DNA of 64,000 nucleotides, from the NCBI GenBank assembly GCA_964016885.1, contig OZ024741.1:277884001-277948000 (forward strand), in the 5' to 3' direction. How positions within the stretch are numbered: position 1 is the first letter of the stretch; each line of letters begins with the position of its first letter. This DNA is from Eledone cirrhosa (Eukaryota). Under the pieces are notes generated by a model. The model saw nothing but the letters and a program-made list of their open reading frames with translations. It was not told the origin of the DNA and made no database searches. Of this stretch, positions 49,638 through 62,909 are shown one piece after another. The translations under genes were made by a program, and so were the position numbers.

Positions 49638-52600
49638 ATGGTCGTACTCAGAATAGGCAGTATAAATGCACGTGGCCTTGGGTCATCTTGGAAGCAGGGT
49701 CACCTGCTCAACGACCTCAGGTCACTAAACATAGATGTGGTGGCCATCAGCGAGACCAGAATCTCCGAAACACAAGCCTTCGCACCGATCTTCGGCGGCT
49801 ACGATGTATACGCATTTCCCAGCCGTCCAGGATCTGGGGGAGGGGTTGCCGTCCTTTTTTGGAGAGGCTTGGATCTCGCCACACGGACCATCTTCCTAGA
49901 CCCAGAAGGTACGTCGGTGGTGCTGGACGTGACCGGCAGCGAAGGAAATGCTTTCAGGCTAGTAGCCGTCTACGCCCCAACAGGGGCAGGACGGCCAGAT
50001 TTCTTCAGACGTCTAGAGACCTTTCTTGGAACGTCCCGCTCTTTAGTGTTAGTGGGCGACTGGAACGGTATCTTGGATGCACGCTGGAATTGTGTGGGGC
50101 TAGTGGATAGGGGAGGAGAGTGCAAGGGCCTCACCAACCTGCTCAGACGTTTTGAACTGTCTGACAGGTATCGACTGGATCACCCGAATGTGCCAATGTG
50201 AACATGGACAAACCGCATCGGGTCATCCAGATCGTATCTCGATAGGGTATTCTGCAGAGAACTAGATAAGGCTAGTATAAGTTGTCCACAATTTAAAATA
50301 GTCGACTACACAGACCACAAATTTGTGATCTGTGAGATCGACATAGACAGACTTCATAGACAACGGCCCGGTTACTGGAAGCTGAACGCGTCTTTCCCGG
50401 CGCGCAAAGCCTACAAAGACCGGATTAGCGTATTAGTTAAGCGGTCGTCAACAACAGGTGGTGGTTCGCCCTGAAAAGAGCAATTAAAGTAGAGTCGATT
50501 AGGTTTAGCAAAGGACTAGTGATAGAGGAAAATAGAGTAGAGGGAGAGCTAGTCAGAAAGCTAGAAGAGGCGTTTAGGACAGGCATCGCAACCGACGTGC
50601 TTGCGGCGAGATTGGCACTCGACCAATTCTTCAACGCAAAACACGAAGGCTGCGTTGTCAGAGCTAGAGCGCGTGCTCTGAAACACGAGGGGACAAAAGC
50701 CGTCCAATGGGCCCGGGTGGCAGAGGCGCGACGTGGCAACAAAGCCACAATTCGGTCTTTGTCTGACCAAAACGGGTGCGTGTTGCTCGAACCCGAGCAG
50801 ATGTGTGAAGCTTTTCAGCAGCACTTTGCTGAACTGTTCGGGAGCAGCGGCGGCCCGGATCGGGGCATGGACTTCAGTGCATGCGTCGACGGACTGCCTC
50901 GGCTCTCGACGACCGCAGCACAGTGTTGCGAAAGCCAATAACAGCCAGTGAAATACGGGAAGCGATGGCTAACTGCACGAGGGGTAAATCGCCAGGTTTG
51001 GATGGTCTACACTACGAGCTTTATGCATTTATGCCAGGCTTGTTCGGTGACCTCTTGTCAGACGTCTACTGCAACTGGCAGCAGAACGGGAGTATTCCCA
51101 GTTTTGTGAGCCGGGGAGCGGTGGCGCTGCTGAGAAAAGACCCGAACAAGGGGGATGTTATCGATAATTTCAGGCCCATAACCCTGCTAAACGATTTTGG
51201 CCAAGGTGTTAGCAACGAGGTTGGCGCTTGTCGTCAAGGGTCTGGTGGGAGAGGCGCAGACATGCGCCATTCCGGACAGATCCCTACACGACAACCTCCA
51301 CCTCATGTGATACATCATAGAGAGGGTGGTTAAGGAACCTGGCACGGGTGGGGCCCTGATCAACTTGGATCAATCCAAAGCATTCGATAGTGTCGACCAT
51401 CGGTACCTGGCGGCGGTCCTCGAGGCAGCCGGTTTCGGGCCCGTTTTCAGGGGTTGAATCGCTGCGATGTACAGCGACATCTGCTCAGTTGTGAGGGTGA
51501 ACGGTCATCTGTCGCAGCCGTTCAGCATCATGCGCTCAGTCCGCCAGGGTTGTCCCCTCTCGTCCCTCTTGTACGTATTGGCTCTCGAGCCGTTACTGCA
51601 CAAACTGGGGGCGATGAGCGGCGTCCCACGCGAACTAGGATGCGGGAAATCCGAGTCGACTTACGCCGACGACATCACCGTGGTGGTATCGAGCACCAGA
51701 CACGTCCAGATGCTCGGCACCGCTCTCAAGGAATACGAAGCGGTGACAGGAGCAAAGATAAACCAGGAAAAGTCGGTGGGCTTGCAGCTCGGCACCTGGA
51801 GAGGCAAGTCCATACCGTCCGACAGCGTCGTGGGGCGTTGGACGGAGGGACCGGTTAAATTGCTCGGGGTCTGGTTCGGACCGGACCTCCAGATGGAGAA
51901 AAACTGGAACGAGGTGACGAGTAAGGTGGCCTCCCTCACCCAGAAATGGGCCGAGAGGAAGCTGTCCCTGAAAGGCCGGGCGGAGGTGGCGAATGCGTAC
52001 ATCGCATCCATCATCTGCTACCACCTCACCGTCGTCCCTTGCCTCGGCCCAACTCTCACCAAAATGGAGCGCCTCCTCTTCCGCTTTTTGTGGAAGGCAC
52101 GCGCGCCAATGGTCAGACGATCCATCTGCTGTCAACACCCGTTGCGTGGAGGACTGGGCATGCTATGGGCTGATGATGCGCAAACATGCGCTGAGGCTGC
52201 GACATCTCTGATGCTTCCTTGACGGTGAACAGGTGTTGTCGCCGTTCGCCAGGCACGTTTTCCCACAGCTCGTCTCCTTGACGGAGCTGCAGTCCTGGGT
52301 CAGAAAAAGACCGAGGGATAGCGCTTGGGAACTGGAATGTCTCCAGGCGCTGACTGCCCTCTGCCAGCTGGGCACCAGTATCGGTGGAACATCCACCTCG
52401 GCGTTCTATAGAGGACTAGTGGAGGGGAAGAGCGACGACGTTCTCGGAGAGATCCTGGGCGTCGAAGAAGATCAGCTGTTTGCTCTCTTCCGGAGAACTT
52501 TCAGCCCAGGGCCTATGGATAATTTCTAAAAATCCCTGGCCTGGCAGTGCTACCAGGGAGTGCTGCCAGTTCGAGATAAGCTCTACAGGCACGGAAGTGC

Positions 52601-53036
52601 CGTCAGCCGAGCCTGTCCGAGATGCGCGCAGAGCGACGAAACCGTCGTGCACGCACTCGTTCAGTGCCCGAGCATTGCTGACTTGTGGAGCTATGTCGAA
52701 CAGCTGCTGTCGCGTGTGGGACTGATCCGGTTATAGACTGAGTCCATTGTGCAGATGGTCTCGCCGTCTTCCTTCGAGGAGGAAGGGCAGGCGGTTTTCA
52801 TCTGCCTGGTGGCCAGGGCGAAACAGATTGTGTGGTGGACAAGGTTGAAAGGGTTAAAGACAGACACTTTCCTCTTCGGCGAATCCCTAATTAACTTTTT
52901 CAAGTTTTACTTGAAGAGGAAAATCAGGGTGGAGAGGCAAGTCCTGTCTTCTAGCAAGTTTGTTGAAAGGTGGGTGAATGTAGCGAGAATGGTCCGAGTG
53001 AACGAGAATGGTACTGAATATACGTCTGTAGTTTGA
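49638..53036 (+). pseudogene. Tx1-like LINE ORF2 (APE-RT-zinc finger), disrupted
   Basis: Motifs are collinear but broken by in-frame stops (e.g. TGA at 50199-50201) and several frameshifts. Confidence 0.88.
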
Positions 53037-53532
53037 GAAATGGAAAAATTGAGAGAGGGCGCTTGCCTTGGTGGTCAGGGTGGCCGTGGTCTTTTGTGTG
53101 GTTTTCGCCACAAGTAATCCTCGGAGGTTTCCCCCCTATTGGGGAATTTTTCATTGTTTCAATTTTCATTTTTATTGTTTATATATATATATATGTTTCC
53201 ATGTCTTTTTTTTCTTTTCTTGTATAAATAATAAAAAATATTTACACGCACAAACCCACATCGTACCGTCCTGTGCCGTCTGTAATGTTTTTCTTGATGT
53301 CAGCCCTTGTGGCCAATAAAGAAATTATTATTATTATTATTATTATTAGTCTTTGGAAGTCTTCCTGCCTCTCCACTTTTAGAGAATTGCTGTTAATTTT
53401 TTCTTTTTTTGGTCCTCGTTTTTTTTTACTTTCTTATATGCTTTTTTTTGTTTTATGTAAATCCACACTGTATCGTCCTGTACCCTACTTGATCTTTATG
53501 TAAACCCTTGTGGTTAATAAAGAAATCACCAC

Positions 53533-53565
<33 letters not shown>

Positions 53566-53796
53566 CATCATCATCATCACCACCACCATCATCCTCATTA
53601 TCACCATCAACATCATCATCACCATCATCATCACTGCCAGCATCATCATCATCATCATCACCATCATCATCACCCCCACCCCACTCCCATCATCATCATC
53701 ATCACCACCGCCGCCGCCACCAACATCACCACCACCACCACCATTATCATCATCATTGTTATTATCATTATTGTTATTATTATTATTTATTTATTA

Positions 53797-53980
53797 AGGG
53801 CGGTGGATTGGTAGTATCGTTAGAAGGTCGGACGCCATGCTTTGCAGCATGACCTTTACAATCTGAGTTCAAATCCCGCCGAAGTTAACTTTGCCTTTCA
53901 TCCTTACGGGGTCGATAAAATAAAGTACCAGTAATGCACTGGGATAATTGCTGGCCTTGTGCCTAAAGTAGAAACAATTA
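53797..53980 (+). mobile_element. Representative copy of an abundant tRNA-like SINE with Nin/Deu-type core
   Basis: B-box-like GAGTTCAAATCC, core GCCTTTCATCCTTACGGGGTCGATAAAATAAAGTACCAG, 3' TTGCTGGCCTTGTGCC..AAGTAGAAACAATTA; more than 15 copies, e.g. ~2520, 3000, 5950, 8000(-), 20700(-), 26770, 27730, 28050(-), 30900, 32380, 39520(-), 43470, 60630(-), 61400. Confidence 0.8.
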
Positions 53981-54141
53981 TAATTCATTTATTCAATTAT
54001 TTGTTTATTATGTTTTATTTATTCAATAATGTATCCTGTCGTTTGCAAAATCCTTCATTTCAATCCACCATCCGAAAACCATTACAAACGAAAAAAAGAA
54101 ATATATATATATAGAGAGAGAGTGTATCAATCACTCTAGAG

Positions 54142-56663
54142 CAGACATGTCAAACTGAGGGTCCCCCGAGGGCCACATCATGTGGCGTAGCTAGAGTAAA
54201 CGGCGCCCAGGGCAAGCATCAAAATTGCCCCCCCCCCCCCCTCCCCCCCTCAAAAAGTCAAGATCTACAAAGACGAAATTGCGGTAGAATTTATAATAAA
54301 AAAACAAAAAACGGTAACAACTTGATTTTTCGGGCTTTTAATGAGGCAAACTGGTTGATAATTTCCTCGAAATCAGTTCGTTCAAACTCTTCGATTTCTA
54401 CACTCAAAAGGGCGAGGTCAGTCAGCCGTTGTTGGCCCATTGAGGTTCGCAAATACGAATGTATTAGCTTCAGCTTGCTGAACGACCTCTCGTAACTGGC
54501 AATTGAAATAGAAATCATCAACATTATTTGAATGCTGATTCGCAAATTGGGAAAAACACATTCATCGCCGTATTGTATGAGGAATTGGAGAAGTGCCTCC
54601 GGCTTTAAAATTGGGTCAGCTGTCCTAGTAGCCAGCAAAGATCGGCAGTCCAAGATTTCCTCATACAATTGTTCTCCGTCGATGTCGGAGTTGTATAGTT
54701 CCGCAAGACTGTTGCACCTTTGTTTAAGGACAAGGTTATCAGGAGCAGCCAAATAAAACAGATAGTTGACATCAAGAAGAAAGCCAAAACTTGAGTCGGT
54801 TTCCTTAAGTCGAATAAACCGTTCTTCCATTTCTGTTTGAAGACGATTGATTGAACTTTGCATTGCTCTCTCTATCTCTTTTCTGGCAGCCACCTTGACG
54901 TCCTCAGTAATTTCGGTATTGGTTTGTCGTCTTCCTCACCTCCTCGGAAAATCGACATTCCATTTCTGGCAGAGGTCGAAGCCCATTTCAAGAGACTCGT
55001 GGATTAAGGATGTTCCTTCTTCTTTAAAATAAAGTTGAAGGGCTCCTATATCAGCTGCAGCATCGGGAAAATTGATTCTTGGATCTTGAAGTCTCTTTTG
55101 AACCCGGTCAATTCGTGAGAGAATCGTGTTCCAGAATCCAATCAAGTTCAGAACTCAGTATCCGATTATGGAGATTACTGGCATCACTTCTACTTTCGCA
55201 TGTCTCTGTTTCATCATCACTAATTTTTTTGAGAACTTGAACAATCAGCGTCAAATAATTCGCCACCGGTCTGACTGCGGTACATCTAGCACTCCACCGC
55301 CTGTTGGAAGGATATTTAACAACCACTGGAGCAACTTCTTTAAGGGCTTCCCATCGTCGTGTTGAACGAGAAAAAAAGTTGTATAACGAGTCAATGCAAT
55401 TGAAAAAGTTCATCATAGTAGAATCGTTTTTGGCTGCATGAAGACCAGCCAGATTAAATGAATGGTTATCGCAATTAACGAAGTGAATCAAATTCTTCTT
55501 CTCTCTCATTCTCTGCTGAACCCCATTGCGGTGCCCAGCCATTATGGCAGCATTGTCGTAGCACTGCGATCGACAGTTCTGCGGTGGTAGGTCATCTTTT
55601 TCTAGCTCTTTCACGATTGTTTCAACAAGGCTTGCGGCATCTTTTTTGATTACTTGAATGAATCCAAGAAAAGATTCCCTCACAACGACCGTCTTCATAT
55701 TGAAATCAACATCGACATATCGCACAACTTTTGACAGTTGTTCTCAGGCGCCTGGTCAGGGGTCGAATCAATCAGCAGATCATAGTATCTTGCTTTTTGG
55801 ATACGATTTAGTAAATTCTGATGAACTGTATTATAGAAGAAAATACTGAACAATCTAGACTGGAGTCAAATTGAATTCCTAATAGAAGCTATCCGATCCT
55901 ATCTGGCCATTTGGTTATGATACCTTTTCTATACGTCTTATGTACCAGTTGTAAAAGACAAACTACTCTGTTTTGTAAACCATCTTCATAATTATAATTA
56001 TCTTGTATTGGTCATTGCAATGCATTGCTAAAAATAGCGCCTGCGTGTCCACCAGTTGCACGTCCAAAACTACGTCCCTTCAGTCAGTGTGTGTGTGTGT
56101 GTGGGGGGGGGGTTGTGAGGTCAAGTGAGGTATCCGCTGTTTTGCAATGTATAGCTAAAAATAGCGCCCGCATAATTGCAACCCACCCTGCTGTCAGTGT
56201 GGATGGGGGGGGGGGGGGCGTTTTTGTGAAGTCAAATCAGACATCTGCTCTGTCTAGTGCACTAGACATGGCGTGGAAGTCGACTATCAAGAAATCACGT
56301 GCTTCATTTTTGGCTTATATTTTTAAAAATGATAAAAACGACATGGATGTAAATCGATCTAGGTCGAAATTGCGCCCCCCCCCCTAAATATGGCGCCCGT
56401 GGCATGTGCCCTGCTTGCCACACCCTAGCTACGCCACTGGCCACATGGGTCACATGTGTTGTTTGAGGGCCACACACAACTAATTGCGCACATTACAAAA
56501 CATTTTTTTAATTTTATATTAATAAGATAAAACATGCTCGCACTGTAAAAACTATTGTGTGGGCCACAGGTTTGCTTGTAAAAGGTCGCATGGGGCCCGC
56601 AGTCCACAGGTGTGCTTGTAAAAGGTCGCATGTGGCCCGCAGGCCACATGTTTCACATGCCTG
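54142..56663. mobile_element. Charlie/Buster-type non-autonomous hAT element (outer), interrupted by a second hAT
   Basis: TIRs CAGACATGTCAAAC / GTTTCACATGCCTG; TSD-like CTCTAGAG (54134-41) / GTGTAGAG (56664-71); subterminal GGCCC/GGGCC repeats. Confidence 0.75.
54179..56439 (-). mobile_element. hAT (Tip100/ZMYM1-like) DNA transposon with a broken, N-terminally deleted transposase
   Basis: TIRs (CA)GTGGCGTAGCTAG; 8-bp TSD GGCCACAT (54171-78 / 56439-46); transposase motifs SQCYDNAAIMAG, CDNHSFNL, RWSAR, ERSFSKLKLI, RLTDLALLS in ORFs spanning 54291-55725. Confidence 0.9.
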
Positions 56664-57547
56664 GTGTAGAGCATATACAACTATCATGACCAGCATTACT
56701 ATCGCCCTAATCTACAACAACAACAACACTATCACCATCATCACCACCACCACCATCACCGTTGCCGCCACCACCACCATCACCATCACCGCTACACCAC
56801 AGACACCACCACTGCAACCATCACCGCCGCCGCCACCACCATCATCACCATCACCACCACCACCATCGTCATCATCATCATCGCTACACCACAGACACCA
56901 CCACCACCACCATCACCACCACCATCATCATTATCATCACTATCAACATCATCCCCATCACCATCACCACCATCATCATCACCACCACCACCACCACCAT
57001 CGCCGCTACCACCATCATCTACTATCATTGTCATCATCACTATCGCAATAAGAACAAAGAAGTTTTGTCTTATTTTTTTTCTTCTAAACAGAAATGATCT
57101 CCACCCCAAGAGCAGTTACATGAGATCGTAAAAAACCCACCCACACATGCTCTTCACTTCTAAACATCTCACCTTGATGTTACCTGCATACCGTACTTAG
57201 TTGAAAAATAGGTTATTTATTCATCGGATCATCTTCAAGGTTTATGCAGACCCGCTAGTAAATAAGAGATTTAGAAGCTCACTTTTGCTTTACATTTTTA
57301 CGTCTGATGTACTGTTGGGTCCATAAAAGCTGTTGTTTGCCCAACATTCTCTTTCTTAACCTTGTTTTATCTTTTAAAACTTTGTGTCTTGTTTTAATTT
57401 TGCTGTCTACCTGCCTGCCACTCCACTTGTCTGTCTCAATCAGAGCCAGACTTAGGGTCACACACCCTCGGGGGCCTCATTAAAAAATATATATATATTT
57501 TTATTTTATCATTAGTTTTTATACTTTAATATTAAATCTTCAAAAAT

Positions 57548-58040
57548 TATATATATATATATATATAAAGTTTTATTCCTGTCTGTTTGATTGTTTGTTC
57601 ACGAACTACTCCTATGGTTTTGGAGATAGACCCCCATAACCATATATATTCTGAAACTACATTGCCCAGTATATTTCATTTTAATCAAAGGGTTCCCCGG
57701 GGGCACAAAACCCCCACTGAAAATGTTTTCCCTTCGATTTATATGAAATTTAAACCATAGGTAAATGACAAGATATGATGTTATTCACAAAAGTTTTGAA
57801 TTGATATTTTGAAAAAAATTATTTACAAGAAACAAAATAAGAATAAGATTTAATAACGTGATTTTGATTTGATATATTACAAAAAATGTTTTCCAATTTT
57901 TCCTGCAATACATTTTACATTGAGTAATATTGAAATGCAGAGTTCTCCATAAATTATATCACTGATTTAAAATCAATCATCATTTTCTTACAAAAAAATA
58001 AAATGTGTGAAACGCAGCAAGGCGCGGGTAATTCGGCTAG
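57548..58040 (+). mobile_element. Non-autonomous Helitron/Helentron-like element
   Basis: Starts in (TA)n + AAAG…GTCTGTTTG microsatellite-like 5' region; ends with GC-rich CGCAGCAAGGCGCGGGTA followed by CTAG|T. Confidence 0.6.
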
Positions 58041-60579
58041 TATATATATAAAATACAAAGATTTACATATACATAAACTAGACAGAGCCATATATATATA
58101 TGCGTTTTTGGCAACCATTCACGGTGTGGCTCAATGACGAATTAATTAATTAAATAATCAACAATCAGAGCAATATATAAGAAAGTAAGTCCATAGAATC
58201 ATTTGATAGAATATATACAGTATTTCTTCTCCCAATCAGCATAATTAACCACACAAAAAAATCAATTAAACGAGGCTATAAGTTTAAAATATACCTATGA
58301 AGAAACAATAGATAAATAAATGATAGCTATTTTATCTGCGATCAACAGCCACAGAAGATTTACCAAGTATTTCTAATAGCCCGTAGAAATCAACTAGACA
58401 TATAGCCAACCATACACAATTAGCTACAAAATCAAAGTTAGAAGAAAAAAATGTACATAAACATATCAAAATTATGTTCCTACCTCATGAGGTTTCATTT
58501 GCGAATGAAAATTCATGAGGTAGGAACATAATTTTGATATGTTTATGTATATGCATATTGTCAACGACAGAACATTAATGTCTACGATTGTTCCTGTTAC
58601 AACAATAGCAACAACTACTACTACAACTCTGTTTGGAATTTTTTACCATTAATTTTTATCAGTTTAAAATTATATTACTTTTGATGATTAAATATACTAG
58701 TAGAAAAACCACCCTTCGGATGGTTTTCTGCTAGCATGTGTAGTGTGCATATTGACATTATACGCAAGTATATATGCATGTAGATATGATACGTCAAATA
58801 AAATCGTAATTGACAATATGCACAGAAATTGAAGAGAGACTGTGTTACTCTCTTCTGTAATCAGTAAAGTAATCCATGATACATTAAAAAAAAAATCGAT
58901 ATTGTATATAAACTGCATTACGGTGAAATGTAATGAAAACAAAAAAGGAGAAAATTAGCGACAGAAATATAAACCTTCTATAACGATGCAAATATATGAA
59001 CGTTTATATAAGCGATGTAATATAGCATACGAACGCTAACCAGATGTGTAGACATTTGAAAATGTTAAAAAAAGTGAATCTTAAAATAAGCAATCATTTT
59101 ATATAGGAATATTTATGTTTAATCAACAGCTACGAAATTTAGTACATAAATTATGTAATATTCATTCATTATTTATTCGAAGTAATCCAACTTATTTTAC
59201 TAACGAGATAAAAAAAAATATTCAGGACACAGTCCCGCACTCCTCCCTTTATCATATTATGATTATCGCAATTGATTTCATCTTTTCATTATCTATTAAC
59301 ATGAAAGACATTGACTGTGATTTTCAAATAGTTTTGAAAATAATCAAGAATTTGAAACAATTTAGTAATATAACATTGATTATTAAACTACTTTTGAGAA
59401 CTTAAAGGTTTTTACATAAAATTATGATGTAAGCTTTTCTTTTTTAGATAAATATAAACTTTTAAAAATCAGTTTTGTATCATAGAAACAGGCCCAGTTT
59501 TAGGTGGTTTAATTTCAAAAGGGTTAAATGAATAAATGGTATAAAATAAATGTAAAATTAAATTATTGATTAGGGATTGCCATCTACTTAAAACGAAAGA
59601 ATGACCCCATCAAGGACCAAGGCCAGTTGAGGGGTTTAGTTTCAAAAAGGTTAAATGAATAATTGATATAAAATAAATATAAAATCAAATTATTTATCAG
59701 ATATTGCATCATTATCATCACCATCATCATCATCATCATCACCATCATCATCATTACCATCACCATCACCATCGTCATCATCATCATCATCATCATCATC
59801 AAATCTTTCCGTTTTATTGGTGACCCTCACAAGAAAACAACAGGAAAGCTCATTTCTTTCATCATCACCTTTAAAATACGTGATCGCGAAAATTCTACGT
59901 GAAATCATCTTAATCGTGGCAATAAATATATAAATATAAATATATAAATAAATAAATAAAACAAAATATTTACACAGAATTTCCTGGTGCAACTACGAGA
60001 ACAACAACGGTTCTGCTTGGAATTTTGATCCACGTGCAACCACAGAACATTAATGTGCATGACTGTTTCTGCTAAAACAACAACAAAAACAACAATAACA
60101 ATAATTCTATTTGGAATGTTTTACCCATGTGTAATAACCACGGCCAATTCGTTCTACAGCAGAGAAACAAAACCCTTCAGAGGAACCCCATTTCGGCTGC
60201 TTGTATTCGCGATCCTATTCTTTTGGTCATTTCCAAAGAAAATACCAAAAAAATACGAACTTTGGAGTAACGCTACTTGATAGAGTGCGTAGCTCGGATA
60301 TCAGAGAGTCACTCCAGGTAGAGCCGCTATTTCTCCGAATTGAGAGATCACGGCTTCGATACATTGGGCATGTGGTTAAAATGTCTCAGGATGAATCACT
60401 GGACAGATTTTGCAGTCAAAACCAACCAACAGGAGACCCAGAGATAGACCTCGAGAAAGATGGTTGGATAACATCCATGACTTAGCAGATCTCGCTTGGG
60501 GATCCAGTTGGAAACGATTACTTCTGATAGGACCCGCTGGAAGGAGTGTTTGAGGACTCTGCCTTCACGACCCTCTCAG

Positions 60580-60634
<55 letters not shown>

Positions 60635-61877
60635 TGTTTCTACTTTTGGCACAAAGCCAGCAATTTCTCAGTGCATTACTGGTACTTTATTTTATCGACC
60701 CCGTAAGGATGAAAGGCAAAGTTAACCTCGGCGGGATTTGAACTCAGAATGGCAAGGGCCGTAACTCTATGCGTCAAAGCATGGCGTCCGACCCTCTACC
60801 GATACTGCCAATCCATATAATAATAATAATGGAAACAAACAAACAAAAATTGAAAGAAAAAAATGCAGAAAAGAACGATCGCATACACAGGAGAAGGAAA
60901 AGAAAAGACAATATTGATTATCAACTCTTAACTGTATGAACAATTACTCTCTTTTTCATGTCCATTTCATCATTTTCCCAGCTTAGACAGTTAGTTTCAT
61001 TCTTTTTCTTTACAATGCTTTTGTACATAGAGTTTGTCTTGTTTATACACACCTGTATACATTTAACATGTTACATACATGTTTCATACAAGTATGTTTA
61101 TAGCTTGTTGTATATGGCTGACTTAGTTGGAATTTTTTAGATATTCTTTTTCTCTCCTTTTTTTCTTTCGACCTTCAACTAGCATTTAGAAATACAGACT
61201 AGTTGTTTGGCCCAAACAACTGTCTAAACCAGTCATGGCCAAACTGCGACCGCTTGGCTTTCTGAATGGCACGCCTAATCTCAGAATTGCCTTGAATTCT
61301 TTTAGTAGTGTTTTTCGCCTTATGATGAGCCACATCCTAGATATATGATGGCTGCGCCCTCGTTATCGAGTATGGCTATTGCACAATATAACATTGGCTT
61401 GGCAGTATCGATAGAGGGTCGGACGCCATGCTTTGACGCATAGAGTTACAGCCATTCTGAGTTCAAATCCTGCCGAGGGTAACTTTGCCTTTTATCCTTA
61501 CGGGGTTGATAAAATAAAGTACCAGTAATACACTGGGTAATTGCTGGCCTTGTGCCAAAAGTAGAAACAATTATTAATAATTATTAATTAATTCTATCGT
61601 GCAATGCCTGTGCGTGAAGATAATTTTTAAAGCGAGGAAAGACTGTGCACTGAGCTAATCCCACTCTCTGAGCGACAGTAGCTATAACCCGAAAAGAAGA
61701 AAAGATCAACATCATCGGTAACTATTGAGCCGCAGGTTTTATGTCGGAGTTATCCCAGTTGCCTTCTCCTAGAAGAATGCCCTGACAAAGGCTAGGGTCC
61801 TTCACTCCCAGTGGTTTAACCGCACGACCGGGTATCCAGCCCGATTATAGATATATGCATACATAAAAACTAGATAT

Positions 61878-61914
<37 letters not shown>

Positions 61915-62428
61915 GGCACATAATGCATTTTCTATCTCATGTTGCTACATTAAGAAGTTTTCCTTCCAATCATTAGGTCCTGTGTTCTAACACTATATGT
62001 GTCCCCGTAAATAATTATTCCTCCAAAGTTACTCATACAATTAATCTTGTATGTCATTTGTACATACATGCTGAACATTTATGATATTATATCATGGAAA
62101 TATATTATTAACATCATTTTAATCTTTAATCACTTCATTGTGTCAGTAATCTGCATAGACATAAACTATAAAATTTCTCTGATGTAAGCCCTAAAATTAT
62201 CAAAACACCTATTTCCCAGTTTGTATGGTTGTTCATATATCCAGTAACCTCGGTATACATGACATGCCAATCTTGGACTTTAAAATTCAACATTATTGTT
62301 GCTATGGGTCCACTAATGTTATATAAGAAATAGCTGCTTAACAAAACCCGTTGGATAGGGCTGCCAACTGCACCCAGAACATCGAGCGGTTATTAGTCAA
62401 CAAATCGATATGTTTATATATCGATATT

Positions 62429-62491
<63 letters not shown>

Positions 62492-62681
62492 TGTATATAT
62501 ATATATATACATGTTTGAATAATATGATGTACTATATATATTGTTCTGAGTATATCTGTGTTCGGAATTGTATGTTTGACGATACTACTTGCTCTTGTTT
62601 GCATATATATAACAGGACACTGGGTTGTATGTACAATGTTTATTTAACAAGGTTGAGCTATGTAGAGCAGAATAGTTGACA

Positions 62682-62909
62682 TGCCAAGAGAGATGAAAGG
62701 ATGAATTAAAGAGGTCTTTACATTACCATGTTCAGGTTGCCAGAGAGTATACCCTCGGCGGAACGCACCTGGCCGAAGGGTCAGGCAGGTTAAAAGAGAG
62801 TTAGCTTCGGCTCTCTCCTTTATAGTTCCCTCGGGCGGAAGTCCCTAAGAAGGTTCTGCAACCTCAACGGGAAGTAACTCCAGCTACTTCCTGTCTAGAG
62901 AGCGCTACA
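62682..62909 (-). mobile_element. 3' LTR (228 bp) of a Ty3/gypsy-like LTR retroelement; internal region continues rightwards
   Basis: Minus strand: polypurine tract GGGAGGGGAG (62922-62913), 3 nt, then TGTAGCG…TATAAAGG…TTGGCA, giving TG…CA termini. Confidence 0.65.

Larger units (their letters stand above)
47600..53348 (+). mobile_element. Near-full-length Tx1/L1-clade LINE (ORF1 + ORF2 + 3' UTR, (ATT)n tail); 5' boundary approximate
   Basis: ORF1 with CCHC knuckle CYLCGSKGHLRAFC; ORF2 with APE (SINARGL, ISET, VYAP, GDWN, DRV, TDH, GYWKLN), RT (GKSPGLDG, NFRPITLLN, LDQSKAFD, RQGCPLS, YADD) and C-terminal CPRC…H…C; AATAAA + (ATT)n tail. Confidence 0.93.

Noticed and set aside
61620-61846. GC-richer segment resembling an RTE 5' UTR (minus strand), possible HDV-like ribozyme
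   Set aside because: I could not fold a convincing nested double pseudoknot by eye; a covariance-model search would be needed.
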